A stretch of DNA of 64,000 bases from Planctomycetota bacterium (GCA_965223845.1 CBDCXR010000004.1:4672001-4736000); one strand, 5' to 3'. Numbered from the stretch's first letter, positions 8,395-18,634 are shown. The notes: generated by a model from the sequence alone, not told the origin. Program-made: numbers and translations.

Positions 8395-11300
8395 GTGTCG
8401 GTGGCATCATGTCGCTTGCGGCGAGTAGTGCTCGTCGCGACGGTCTGTGTGATTGCGGGGTTCGTCTCATCACCGCAGGCCGCCGAGTTTCGCCGCGGTG
8501 ACGCGAACTCGGATGGCTCGGTCAACGTCTCGGACGCGCTCTTCTCGCTTCTCTACCTCTTCTCCGACGGAGAGAGGTCGACCTGCGCGGACGCCGCCGA
8601 CGCGAACGATGATGGGCGATTGAACATCGCCGATCCCGTGTTCACACTCTTCTCGCTCTTCGTCGGCGATCGCGTCCTCCCGCCACCGTCGCCCGATTGC
8701 GGCGACGATCCGACCGACGACGCTCTCGACTGCACCGCTCAGCCGCCGTGTGATCGCCCGAGCGGCGGACGCGGGGCGCTCACCGAGTTCATGGCCGTCA
8801 ATACGCGCACGCTGCGCGACGGCCGCTCGGAGTTCAGCGACTGGTTCGAGATCACGAATGTCGGTGACGGCCCGCTCGATCTCGCGGGTCACTTTGTCAC
8901 GGACGATCGTGACTTGCTCGACAAGTGGATGATTCCCGCGGGTCCCGGCGTCGTCCTCGATCCGAACGAAGCGATCGTCATCTTCGCGTCCGGCCAAGAC
9001 TCCGACGACTTCGTCGATTCTCGCGGCTTTATCCATACGAATTTCGAGCTCGGACGCCGCGGCGAATTTCTCGCTCTCGTCGCTCCGGACGGAAGCACGA
9101 TCGTCTCGTCTATCGGCCCGGGGGTCCCCGAGCAGACCGCAGACGTGTCGTACGGACGTCTCGGCGACACGGAGATCTTCCGCGAGCTGATCGGGGAAGA
9201 CAGCCCGGCACGGGCCCTCGCCCCGGCAGCGCTGATCGCAGCGAACTGGGTGGACATCGACTTCGACGATTCCGAGTGGACGCTCGGCGAGATCGGATTC
9301 GGGTACGAAACGGAGGAACGCGGAGTCTTCTCCGGAAAGTTCGAGGCGGACGTCGAACCGCTCCTTCACGAGAAGGGCAGCTCACTCATTCTCCGCGCGA
9401 GCTTCGATCTCGAAGCGGACACCGCGATCGAAGAGCTCACGCTGTGGGTCCGTTACAGTGGCGGATTCATCGCTTATCTGAACGGAAGCGAGATCGCTCG
9501 CGAGAACGCCCCCGCCGAGCCGAGTCACGACGCGACCGCACCCGCGCCGCGGCCCGACGGTCTCGCGGTCACGAGCTACGCGCCGTTTGACGTCTCAGCC
9601 CACGTGGACCGACTCGTCCCCGGTCGAAATCTGCTCGCCGTCCACGCGTTCGCCGAGAGCTCTTCCGATGCTCGCTTTCTCGTCGTGCCCGTTCTCGAAG
9701 CCCGGGTTCGCGGCGCGTTCGCGGTCTACCTCCGAGAGCCGACTCCGGGTGAGCCGAACGCGACCGGCTACCTCGGCCGGGTCCGCGACACTACGTTCAG
9801 CATCGATCGGGGATTCTTCTCCGAGCCGGCAGAGCTCGCGATCACATCGGGGACACCCGGAGCGACGGTTCGATTCACCACCGACGGCGGCGCGCCGACC
9901 GAGAGCAGCGGCGAGCTCCACAGCGCTCCGCTCGCCATCGAGAAAACGATGGTCGTTCGCGCGATCGCCGCGCGCGACGGTTTCCTCCCGACCGACGTGG
10001 ACACTCAATCGTATCTTTTTCTCGAGGGCCCGGGCGGAGTTCTCTCGCAGGCGCAAACCCAGCCTGGGTATCCGACGGCCTGGGCGGGAATTCCTGCCGA
10101 CTACGAGATGGATCCCGAAATCGTGGAGCATCCCGATTACGCGGCGACCATCGCGGGCGACCTCCAGTCGATCCCCACTCTCTCCCTCGTACTCCGTCGG
10201 GCAGACTTCATTTCGCTGTACAACAATCCACAGGGGCGAGGTATCGCCACCGAGCGCCCCGTTTCGATGGAGTACTTCACGGCCGACGGGGCCGAGGAGC
10301 TACAAGAGAACGCCGGCATGAGAATGCACGGCGGAGCCGGCCGACAACCCGAGTTCCCGAAGCACTCCTTCCGGCTCCTCTTTCGAAGGCGCTACGGCGC
10401 ATCGAAGCTGCGCTATTCTCTTTTTCGCGGCGAGCCGTACGGCGGCGGAGCGACGAGCACCTTCGACAAGCTGATTCTCCGCGGGGGGTTCAACAACACA
10501 TTCCCGCACTGGTACGACGAGCAAGCCCTCCGCGCGCAGTACGTCCGCGATCAGTGGGCGCGCGATCTTCAATTCGAGATGGGACACCTCTCCCCGCGCG
10601 GACGATACGTCCACCTCTATATCAACGGGCTCTATTGGGGTCTCTACAACGTCACCGAACGGCCCGACGAAGACTTCGGCGCGACCTACTACGGCGGCGC
10701 GGAGGAAGACTACGACGTCATCAAGAATCGTCAGAGCACCGCGGGGACGCGCGCGGGTTGGAACCGGCTCGTCACACTCGCCTCGAACGCGTCCGATCCC
10801 GCGGCCTACGAAGAGGCGAGTGAGCTCTGCGATTTCGAAAATCTCATCGATTACCTTCTCGAAGGGTTCTACTTCGGGAACACCGACTGGGACCACAACA
10901 ACCAGGTCGCGATGCGCCGCCGCGATCCCCCGAGTCCGTTTCAGTTCCTCTCCTGGGACGCCGAGTTCGCGATCAGCCTCGCCCCGGGAGCGCAGCCAAA
11001 TCAGTGGGCGCCGATCCTCACGATCGATCGATCGCGCATCAACACCGCGAACGGACCGAGCGGAATCTTCCAGGGTCTCCGCCAGAACGAAGAATTTCGC
11101 GTCCTCCTCGCCGATCGCATTCACAGGCACTTCTTCGGAAACGGCGTGCTCACTCCCGAGCGCGTTCGAGAGATTTGGATGCGCCGCGCCAACGAAGTCC
11201 ACCGGCCGATCGTCGGCGAATCGGCGCGGTGGGGCGATTTTCGGCGCGACGTGTTCTCGCGGCGCGATCCCCGAAACGCTTTTCCGCTCTTCACCCGGAA

Positions 11301-12696
11301 CGAACAGGTCGCCGAGCACCAGCGCTGGATTCTCGAAGAGTACTTCCCGACGCGGACGGACCGAGTGATCGGTCAGTTTCGAGCGGCGCGGTATCTTCCG
11401 GACGTCCGCGCTCCGTCGATCAATCCGGCCGAAGGCGTCGTCGACGCCGGGACCGAGGTGAGCATCCGCGGCACGACCGGGCGGACCTACTACACGATCG
11501 ACGGCACGGATCCGCGAGAGAAGGGTGGAGACCTCGCTTCAGAAGCGCTCCTCGCCGGCGACTCCGTTCTGACGCCGATTCTCGTTGAAGGCGCGCCGGC
11601 TCGAGCTTTCGTCCCCGTCGACGACAGCCTCGGATTGGAATGGACGGAGCTCGGCTTCGACGACGGCGACTGGATCGCCGGAAGCTCCGGCGTCGGTTAC
11701 GAGGAGTCATCGGGCTACGAAGATCTCATTCTTCTCGACGTCGGACCGGACATGTTCGAAAAGAACGGCAGTGCGTACATCCGTCTTCGATTCGACGTCG
11801 CATCGGTAGACGACTTTGATCTCCTCACGCTCCGCATGAAGTACGACGATGGCTTCGTCGCCTACCTGAACGGAGTCGAGGTCGCCCGGCGGAACGCGCC
11901 CGACGACCTCGCGTGGAACTCAGAGGCGTCATTCTCGCACGGGGACTCACGGGCGAAGGAATTCGAGAACATCGACATCACCGAGCACCGCGATTCACTG
12001 CGCCTCGGCGAAAACCTCCTCGCCATCCACGGTCTCAATCGACGCACGACAAACAACGACTTCCTGATCGTCCCAGTCGTCGCGACGAGCGACGTCGCCG
12101 AAGCGGTCGTTGCCATCGATGCGACGACCCATGTGAAGGCGCGGATCCTGCTGAGCGAAGAGTGGAGCCCGCTCGCGGAGGCGGTCTACGTCGTCGACGC
12201 GGGGATCCGCGTCACCGAGGTGATGTATCACCCGGCCAACCCCGACGGCGCCGAGGAGGCGGCCGGATTCGATGACGACGACGAATTCGAGTTCCTCGAG
12301 ATTGCGAACCTGAGCGCGCTCGACCGGAATCTCGATGGATTCGAGATCGCTAGCGGGATCCGGTTTGCGTTCTCCGACGCCGCGCTCGCTCCGGGCGAGC
12401 GCGCGGTGATCGTTCGGGACCGGGCCGGATTCGAAGCCCGGTACGGTGTCGATTCCGTTCGGATTCTCGGCGAGTACGATGGAGGGCTCTCGAACGACCG
12501 CGACGAGATCCAACTGCTCGACGACGCGGGCCGGGTGCTCCTCAGCTTCACGTACAACGACGAGTGGCATCCCACGACGGACGGGGACGGACACTCTCTC
12601 GTTCTCGTCAACCCGGATGCACGCGGCGATCCCGATTCGGCCGAGGATTGGCGTCCCAGCCGAGACCGCTTCGGTTCGCCCGGAGCGAGCGAGTAG
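8395..12696 (+). CDS. Large secreted protein: dockerin-like domain, lamin-tail domains, Fn3-associated domain, CotH kinase, duplicated beta-sandwich module
   Basis: Signal peptide, then FRRGDANSDGSVNVSD; LTD motifs LTEFMAVN..DWFEI and VTEVMYHP..EFLEI; CotH motifs PKHSFRL, YWGLYNVTERPD, NTDW, SWDAE. Confidence 0.88.
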   Translation: MSVASCRLRRVVLVATVCVIAGFVSSPQAAEFRRGDANSDGSVNVSDALFSLLYLFSDGERSTCADAADANDDGRLNIADPVFTLFSLFVGDRVLPPPSPDCGDDPTDDALDCTAQPPCDRPSGGRGALTEFMAVNTRTLRDGRSEFSDWFEITNVGDGPLDLAGHFVTDDRDLLDKWMIPAGPGVVLDPNEAIVIFASGQDSDDFVDSRGFIHTNFELGRRGEFLALVAPDGSTIVSSIGPGVPEQTADVSYGRLGDTEIFRELIGEDSPARALAPAALIAANWVDIDFDDSEWTLGEIGFGYETEERGVFSGKFEADVEPLLHEKGSSLILRASFDLEADTAIEELTLWVRYSGGFIAYLNGSEIARENAPAEPSHDATAPAPRPDGLAVTSYAPFDVSAHVDRLVPGRNLLAVHAFAESSSDARFLVVPVLEARVRGAFAVYLREPTPGEPNATGYLGRVRDTTFSIDRGFFSEPAELAITSGTPGATVRFTTDGGAPTESSGELHSAPLAIEKTMVVRAIAARDGFLPTDVDTQSYLFLEGPGGVLSQAQTQPGYPTAWAGIPADYEMDPEIVEHPDYAATIAGDLQSIPTLSLVLRRADFISLYNNPQGRGIATERPVSMEYFTADGAEELQENAGMRMHGGAGRQPEFPKHSFRLLFRRRYGASKLRYSLFRGEPYGGGATSTFDKLILRGGFNNTFPHWYDEQALRAQYVRDQWARDLQFEMGHLSPRGRYVHLYINGLYWGLYNVTERPDEDFGATYYGGAEEDYDVIKNRQSTAGTRAGWNRLVTLASNASDPAAYEEASELCDFENLIDYLLEGFYFGNTDWDHNNQVAMRRRDPPSPFQFLSWDAEFAISLAPGAQPNQWAPILTIDRSRINTANGPSGIFQGLRQNEEFRVLLADRIHRHFFGNGVLTPERVREIWMRRANEVHRPIVGESARWGDFRRDVFSRRDPRNAFPLFTRNEQVAEHQRWILEEYFPTRTDRVIGQFRAARYLPDVRAPSINPAEGVVDAGTEVSIRGTTGRTYYTIDGTDPREKGGDLASEALLAGDSVLTPILVEGAPARAFVPVDDSLGLEWTELGFDDGDWIAGSSGVGYEESSGYEDLILLDVGPDMFEKNGSAYIRLRFDVASVDDFDLLTLRMKYDDGFVAYLNGVEVARRNAPDDLAWNSEASFSHGDSRAKEFENIDITEHRDSLRLGENLLAIHGLNRRTTNNDFLIVPVVATSDVAEAVVAIDATTHVKARILLSEEWSPLAEAVYVVDAGIRVTEVMYHPANPDGAEEAAGFDDDDEFEFLEIANLSALDRNLDGFEIASGIRFAFSDAALAPGERAVIVRDRAGFEARYGVDSVRILGEYDGGLSNDRDEIQLLDDAGRVLLSFTYNDEWHPTTDGDGHSLVLVNPDARGDPDSAEDWRPSRDRFGSPGASE

Positions 12697-12743
12697 AAAG
12701 CGCCTCCCGAAGGCTCAGAGCCCGTTCGGCTGCGCGTCCGGAG

Positions 12744-14117
12744 CTACTCGAGTCGGCCTCGGATCTCGGCCGTTCGCGCTCGCATCAGCTCTTCGTCCCC
12801 CCGGCTCTCGACGTTGAGACGGAGGACCGGCTCCGTGTTCGACGCACGAACATTGAAGCGCCAATCGGCGAACTCGAGGCTGAGCCCATCCGATTTGTCG
12901 ACGTTCAGGGCGCCGGAGTACTCCTCTTCCAGCTCGGCGAAGATCTCTTTCACGCGTTCCTGGCCGGGAACGCGCACGTTGATCTCTCCGCTCGCGGGAA
13001 AGAGACGCATACGCTCTTCGACGAGCTCGGAAAGTGTCGCGCCGCGCTCGCTGAGGAGCTGGCCGAGCAGGAGCCAGGGGATCATGCCGCTGTCGCAGTA
13101 GGCGAACTCGCGGAAGTAGTGATGCGCGCTCATCTCGCCGCCGTAGAGGGCATCCTCGGAACGCATCCTCTCCTTGATGAACGCGTGCCCGCACTTCGTC
13201 TGAATCGGCACGCCGCCGTGCGCAGTCACGGTATCGATCGTGTTCCACGTCAATCGAGGATCGTGGAGGATCTTTTCGGTCTTCGATGACCGCCCGAGCA
13301 AGTGCTCGGCGAGGAGGCCGACGATGTAGTAGCCCTCGATGAACGTCCCCTTCTCGTCAAAGAAGAAACAGCGATCGAAATCGCCGTCCCAAGCGACGCC
13401 GAGATCGGCGTTCGACTCGGCGATCGCGGCGACGGTCGACGCACGGTTCTCTTCGAGCATCGGGTTGGGAACGCCGTTCGGGAAGGTTCCGTCCGGTTCA
13501 TGATGGAGCCGAACGAACTCGAACGGTAGATGCGGAGCGAGGAGGTCGACAAACCGCCCCGAGCCGCCGTTTCCCGAATTCACGACGAGCTTGAGTGGAC
13601 GCATCCGACCCGGATCGACGTAGGAGAGGAGATGCTCGACGTATTCCTTCGACACGTCGAGACTCGACCGTTCGCCCTTGGGGCTCTTTCCTCCACCATC
13701 GTGCGCTTCGGCGAGCTGCCGGATGTCCTCGAGTCCGGTGTCGCCGCTGATTGGCTTCGCTTGGGCGCGAACGAACTTGAGCCCGTTGTAGTCCTTCGGA
13801 TTGTGCGACGCGGTCACCATGATGCCGCCGTCGAGCTCATGCGCGAACGTGGCGTAGTAGACCATCTCGGTGCCGCAGAGCCCGATGTCGACGACGTCGA
13901 CACCCGAATCGAGTAGGCCGCCGGCGACCGCATCGAGAATGCTCTCGCTCGAGAGTCGAATATCACGCCCGACCGCGACTCGCTTCGGGCCAACGAAGGA
14001 CGCGTACGCCGCGCCGATTCGGTAGGCGATCTCCTCGTTGAGCTCGTCCGGAATCCGGCCGCGAACGTCGTAAGCCTTGAAACACGTGAGGGTTCGATCG
14101 CGCGCCATCGTGGTCAT
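12744..14117 (-). CDS. manB: Phosphomannomutase (CpsG/ManB)
   Basis: FKAYDVRG, TASHNP phosphoserine loop, DGDFDR metal loop, GEMSAH, RASNTEP; AAGGAG 5 nt before ATG 14117. Confidence 0.93.
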   Translation of the reverse strand: MTTMARDRTLTCFKAYDVRGRIPDELNEEIAYRIGAAYASFVGPKRVAVGRDIRLSSESILDAVAGGLLDSGVDVVDIGLCGTEMVYYATFAHELDGGIMVTASHNPKDYNGLKFVRAQAKPISGDTGLEDIRQLAEAHDGGGKSPKGERSSLDVSKEYVEHLLSYVDPGRMRPLKLVVNSGNGGSGRFVDLLAPHLPFEFVRLHHEPDGTFPNGVPNPMLEENRASTVAAIAESNADLGVAWDGDFDRCFFFDEKGTFIEGYYIVGLLAEHLLGRSSKTEKILHDPRLTWNTIDTVTAHGGVPIQTKCGHAFIKERMRSEDALYGGEMSAHHYFREFAYCDSGMIPWLLLGQLLSERGATLSELVEERMRLFPASGEINVRVPGQERVKEIFAELEEEYSGALNVDKSDGLSLEFADWRFNVRASNTEPVLRLNVESRGDEELMRARTAEIRGRLE

Positions 14118-14671
14118 TCTGACTCCTTGACCGCTGTCTCCATGAACGTGGCACCGCAGGCCTGGATAGACGCTCCCCACCGGATTCGCCCGAGTTCAGG
14201 CCGCGCGCCGGAACGAGTGACGGTCGGCCTCGTTCCGTTAGTATCGAACAATTCCAGCTAGCTCTTCACCTCGAGTTGCCCCGCGCCTCAGCCGCGCGAC
14301 CGGCCTCGTCCTCGACAGTTTCCCGTCGGGCGAGGAATTCGCGGCCCCGGACCCGATCCCCGGGGACGAAGCGAATCGACGGTCGATCCACTGGTGAGGA
14401 CGAGGACTTCCGATGCCGACCCCGCGTGCAGTCGGCGGTAGCCTCCGGCTCGCGGCTCGTCCTCGGCGATTCCTGAACGCTCGCTCTTCGCGGATGGCTG
14501 GCCGAACTCGAGGCCAATGGAATGTACGGATCTTCGAGGCGCGCGGCCAGTCCTTAACGGAGGCGTAGTGCGGGATTGACTCCACCACCGGAGTGGACGA
14601 GCGGAGAATCCGATCCCGTGATCCGAGCGCAGCGATACCCCTCGACGCCGGAAGTGGCGCCGATCGACCGG

Positions 14672-15616
14672 CTAGGCGGGCGCCGTCTCGAACGCGGAGA
14701 TCGCCTCGATCAACTCCTCGCGGACGCGATCGGCGTTCGCGTGGGAGACCTGGCACGTTCCCGCCGCCTCGTGCCCGCCACCGCCGTACTTGAGCGCGAG
14801 CGCGCCGACGTCGACCTCCGAGCTCCGGTCGAAAATGGACTTTCCGATCGTAAACACGGTGTTCTGCTTCTCGCGGCCCCAGAGGACGTGCATCGAGATG
14901 TTGCACTCCGGGAAGAGCGAGTAGACGAGGAAGCGATTGCCGACGTAGATCGTCTCCTCAGAGCGGAGATCGATCTCGACGAGACTGCCGTGTACGGTCG
15001 CGCAGCGCCGGAGCTGCTCTTCAAATGGCTCCCGGTGGGAACGGTAGAGCGCGACGCGCTCATTCACGTCCGGCAGCGCTAGGATCTCGTCGATCGTGTG
15101 ATCTTTACAGTACTCGATGAGATCCATCATGAGCTGGTAGTTCGACACGCTGAACTCGTGAAAGCGTCCGAGCCCGGTGCGCGCGTCCATCGTAAACGAG
15201 AGAAGAGCCCATCCTTGAGGATCGAGGACCTCCTCGCGAGTGAATCGAGCCGAATCCGCTTTGTCGACCGCTTCGAGCATTTCGCTGCTGATCTGCGGGA
15301 ACTTCTCGGCTCCGCCGTAGTAGTTGTAAAGAACGCGAGCCGTCGAGTCCGCGTCGGCCTCGAGAACGTGGTTCTCTCGCTGCGACTCGGCGAGGCGGAG
15401 CTCCTCGCTCGAATGGTGGTCGAAGCAGAGGTGGCAGCCGGCGACGTAAGGCAGGTTGGCGAGGATGTCGTCCGCCTGAATGTCGATCTTTCCGTCCTGA
15501 ACATCCTTCGGGTGGACGAAACGAACCTCGTCGATGAGATCGAGGTCTTTGAGTAGCGTCGCGCAGACCAGGCCATCGAAGTCGCTGCGGGTGAGAAGAC
15601 GGAAACTCTCTGACAT
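14672..15616 (-). CDS. DHH-family phosphoesterase (exopolyphosphatase-related)
   Basis: TRSDFDG, FDHH and GGGGH motifs; GGAGG upstream of ATG 15616. Confidence 0.88.
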   Translation of the reverse strand: MSESFRLLTRSDFDGLVCATLLKDLDLIDEVRFVHPKDVQDGKIDIQADDILANLPYVAGCHLCFDHHSSEELRLAESQRENHVLEADADSTARVLYNYYGGAEKFPQISSEMLEAVDKADSARFTREEVLDPQGWALLSFTMDARTGLGRFHEFSVSNYQLMMDLIEYCKDHTIDEILALPDVNERVALYRSHREPFEEQLRRCATVHGSLVEIDLRSEETIYVGNRFLVYSLFPECNISMHVLWGREKQNTVFTIGKSIFDRSSEVDVGALALKYGGGGHEAAGTCQVSHANADRVREELIEAISAFETAPA

Positions 15617-15878
15617 CCGTGCCTCCGGGGGACGCGCCCGTAAGGGGATCGAGCGTTGCGGTTTGGGGTCGATCGGGAACTCGTCGTCTTCTATCGGCAG
15701 AACTCTGCGCGAACCCTCCCTCAAGGGCGCCGATGAGCCGGTAACTCGGCGCAGCATCGCCCCCGAACGAGGCGTGAGTGATTCGGGAAATCTTCTTGAA
15801 CCGACCGGCGATTCGCGCGAGAGATGGCCGGTTTCCGCCGGGAAAAGTCGCTTTTCGTTCCCCGAGAAACCAGTTTCC

Positions 15879-16730
15879 ATGAACGAGCTGAATTTCAAGC
15901 AGGAGCTCACCGGAGCGTTCGGCCAGCCGATCGCGGAGAATCCCACCCAGGCGATGATCGAGGCCGCCTACCGCCACCACGACCTCCCGTGGCGCTACCT
16001 CACGATCGAGGTCGCGCCGGAAGGGCTCGCCGACGCCGTACGCGGCGCTCGCGCGATGGGCTTCGCCGGGTTCAACTGTACGATTCCCCACAAGGTGTCC
16101 GTGATCGAGCACCTCGACGGCCTCGGCGAGTCGGCCGAGCTGATGGGCGCCGTCAACTGCGTCGTCCGGCGCGGTGACCGATGGATCGGCGAGAACACCG
16201 ACGGAAAGGGATTCGTCGCGTCGCTCCGCGAGCTGACGGATCCGGCCGGAAAAGACGTCACGATCTTGGGTGCGGGGGGAGCCGCTCGCGCGATCAGCGT
16301 CGAGGTGGCGCTCGCCGGAGCGAGGCGCGTCCGCATCGTCAACCGCTCGAAGAATCGGGGCGAAGAGCTCACGCGCCTCCTCGCCGAACGCCTCCCCGTC
16401 GAGGCGGACTTCGCGCGGCTCGACGATCGACACGCGATCGCGGCGGAGACCGATGTGTTCATCAACGCGACGTCGATCGGACTCTACCCCGACGTGGACG
16501 CGCGGTTGCCGATCGATTTCGACACCCTTCGTCCCGGCATGGTGGTCGCGGACGTCATCCCGAATCCCCCGCGCACCCATCTCGTTCGCGAGGCGGAAGC
16601 GCGTGGCTGCGAGGTGATCGACGGCCTCGGGATGCTCGTCAATCAAGGCGTCCTCGGCATCCAGTACTGGACGGGGATCGACCCCGATCCCGCGGTGATG
16701 CGAGCCGCACTCGAGGAGATCTTCGGGTAG
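15879..16730 (+). CDS. aroE: Shikimate dehydrogenase
   Basis: NCTIPHK, GAVNC, NTDG, GAGGAARA, NATSIG, GLGMLVNQG. Confidence 0.9.
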   Translation: MNELNFKQELTGAFGQPIAENPTQAMIEAAYRHHDLPWRYLTIEVAPEGLADAVRGARAMGFAGFNCTIPHKVSVIEHLDGLGESAELMGAVNCVVRRGDRWIGENTDGKGFVASLRELTDPAGKDVTILGAGGAARAISVEVALAGARRVRIVNRSKNRGEELTRLLAERLPVEADFARLDDRHAIAAETDVFINATSIGLYPDVDARLPIDFDTLRPGMVVADVIPNPPRTHLVREAEARGCEVIDGLGMLVNQGVLGIQYWTGIDPDPAVMRAALEEIFG

Positions 16731-16843
16731 AGCGCGGCCCCCCACGAAACGGTCGCGTGTTTCCTGATCGCGATCGCTTCGGCGGGAGCGATACGATCGT
16801 TCCCGTTCACGAGACACGTCACTCAATCGCGAGACACCGACGA

Positions 16844-17419
16844 ATGAAACAGCAGTGGAAGAAGATCCTCGGCGGGCTGATCGGGATCGTGCTCGCTGCC
16901 CTCGGCTACCAGCAGATAAGCGGCGATGGCGAGGCGGGTCGCCACGGGGGCACGCCGCCCCCCGCGGTATCGAGCCCGGCTCCCGATCTTCCCGCGCGCA
17001 CGGGACCGGCCGCTGTCTCCGAGAAGGACTCGCCCGCTCCCGCTACGAGCTCGGGTGCGTCGTCGTCGAACGCTCCGTCGGAGTCCGCGACGACACCGCC
17101 GGCCGACCCACTGCCGACCGTCGACTCGTCCGGTCCGAAGTCCGTCCTCGTCCGAACGAGCGAAGGTGAGTTCGACATCGGCCCGACGCTCTACCGCATC
17201 GAGAAGAAGATCCCTCACCCACACCGGAACGACGGCTCGGTCTTTCAGAATCGGGAGCGCCGATTGCCGATCCATCCTCGCGGCTACTACCGCGAGTACG
17301 TCCACCCCACTCCAGGAGTTCGAGGGCCGGGCGCGCGCCGCGTCGTGATCGGAAAGAACGGCGAGGTCTATTTCACGGTCGATCACTACGAGTCGTTCGT
17401 GCGAGTGGAGGTCCCATGA
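16844..17419 (+). CDS. Exported guanyl-specific ribonuclease (barnase/RNase Sa family) with Pro/Ser/Ala linker
   Basis: N-terminal KK plus hydrophobic helix; FQNRERRLP, YYREY, GARRVV, YFTVDHYESF (catalytic Glu and His present). Confidence 0.88.
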   Translation: MKQQWKKILGGLIGIVLAALGYQQISGDGEAGRHGGTPPPAVSSPAPDLPARTGPAAVSEKDSPAPATSSGASSSNAPSESATTPPADPLPTVDSSGPKSVLVRTSEGEFDIGPTLYRIEKKIPHPHRNDGSVFQNRERRLPIHPRGYYREYVHPTPGVRGPGARRVVIGKNGEVYFTVDHYESFVRVEVP

Positions 17420-17826
17420 GCTCGCCGTTCTCCCAGACGTTTCGCTTCTACTCGCCGACCGATCCGAGCGACGGCGATCTCCTCGCTCGGAACGCCGATC
17501 GCATCGCGCTCGTTTCGGCGGACGCTCAGACGAAAGAAGATCTCCTCTCCGCGCTCGCCGAGGAACTCGAGTTTCCGTCTCACTTTGGACGCAATTGGGA
17601 TGCGCTCAACGATTGCCTGCGCGATCTGAGCTGGCTGTCTGATCGACGCGTGGTGATCGTTCACGAAGCTCTCCCGCTCGCCGATTCACCGCGGGAAGCG
17701 GCTATGTACCTTCAGCTTCTCGAGGACGCCTGCTCGAGCTGGACGGAGGACGAGCAGCATCTCCTCTCGGCGTACTTCCCGAACTCCGACGCCGAGCGTG
17801 TCCGGACGCTCTTGGAACGCGATTGA
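17416..17826 (+). CDS. Barstar-family ribonuclease inhibitor
   Basis: LEFPSHFGRNWDALNDCLRDLSWL signature; ATGA overlap with the RNase gene. Confidence 0.92.
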   Translation: MSSPFSQTFRFYSPTDPSDGDLLARNADRIALVSADAQTKEDLLSALAEELEFPSHFGRNWDALNDCLRDLSWLSDRRVVIVHEALPLADSPREAAMYLQLLEDACSSWTEDEQHLLSAYFPNSDAERVRTLLERD

Positions 17827-17869
17827 TCACCACTGAGCTCGCGCCGGCGGTCTCTACCGGATCGGTGAG

Positions 17870-18634
17870 ATGACGAACGACGCTCACGAGGCGCACGATG
17901 CCCCGATCGCCGGCTCTATCCTCGAGTGGGATAGCGCGCATTTCGGCCTGCGCGTCGGCCGAATCGCCGGCGAGACATTCTCGCCGCGGCACGCGGGCGC
18001 GTTTCGCCGCTGGTGCGACGAAGAGCACCTCGATTGTGTCTACCTTCTCGTGCCGCCCGAGCGGCGGGCCGCCCGAAGTGCCGCGCGAGAGCTCGGATTC
18101 CGCCGCGTCGACACTCGCGTCACCCTCGTGCTCGACTTCGCGTCGACGGCGCGCGATCGGCGCTGCGAACCGCAGGGGATCCGGCGGGCGACGGCTGAAG
18201 ACGAAGAAGCACTCCGCAACCTAGCGCGCTCGGCACACCGGGAGACCCGCTTTCGCCGGGACGGTCGCTTCGATCCCGCGCGATGCGATGACCTCTACGC
18301 CGAGTGGATCTCGAGCTCCCTCCGGAACGAAGCGACTCGAGTTTTCCTCGCCGTCGACGAGAATGCGTCGGTCATCGGATACGTGACGTGCGAAGCTGGA
18401 GCGAGTGCGGCGGAAGGCGCCATCGGCCTTCTTGCGGTGACTGCGTCGAGCCGTCGCCGCGGCGTCGGCACCGGCCTTCTCGAGTGCGCGCTCGTTCACG
18501 CGACAGCCATCGGGCTCGCGCGACTCGTGGTCGTGACTCAGGGCGACAACGCACCCGCACTCCGCCTCTACGAGCGCCTCGGATTTCGAGAGACTCTCGT
18601 CGAGGAGTGGTACCACTGGTGGCGCGACCGCTGA
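17870..18634 (+). CDS. GNAT acetyltransferase, WecD/RffC-like
   Basis: LEWDSAHFG, TRFRRD, LYAEWI, IGLLAV...RRRGVG, VVTQGDNAPALRLYERLGF. Confidence 0.8.
   Translation: MTNDAHEAHDAPIAGSILEWDSAHFGLRVGRIAGETFSPRHAGAFRRWCDEEHLDCVYLLVPPERRAARSAARELGFRRVDTRVTLVLDFASTARDRRCEPQGIRRATAEDEEALRNLARSAHRETRFRRDGRFDPARCDDLYAEWISSSLRNEATRVFLAVDENASVIGYVTCEAGASAAEGAIGLLAVTASSRRRGVGTGLLECALVHATAIGLARLVVVTQGDNAPALRLYERLGFRETLVEEWYHWWRDR

Noticed and set aside
14434-14441. GGCGGTAG resembling the RfaH ops element upstream of manB
   Set aside because: Wrong strand relative to manB transcription; an 8-mer expected by chance
14266-14517. 83-aa minus-strand ORF in the manB upstream gap
   Set aside because: Low-complexity Arg/Ser composition, no recognisable motif or strong RBS; not excluded but unsupported
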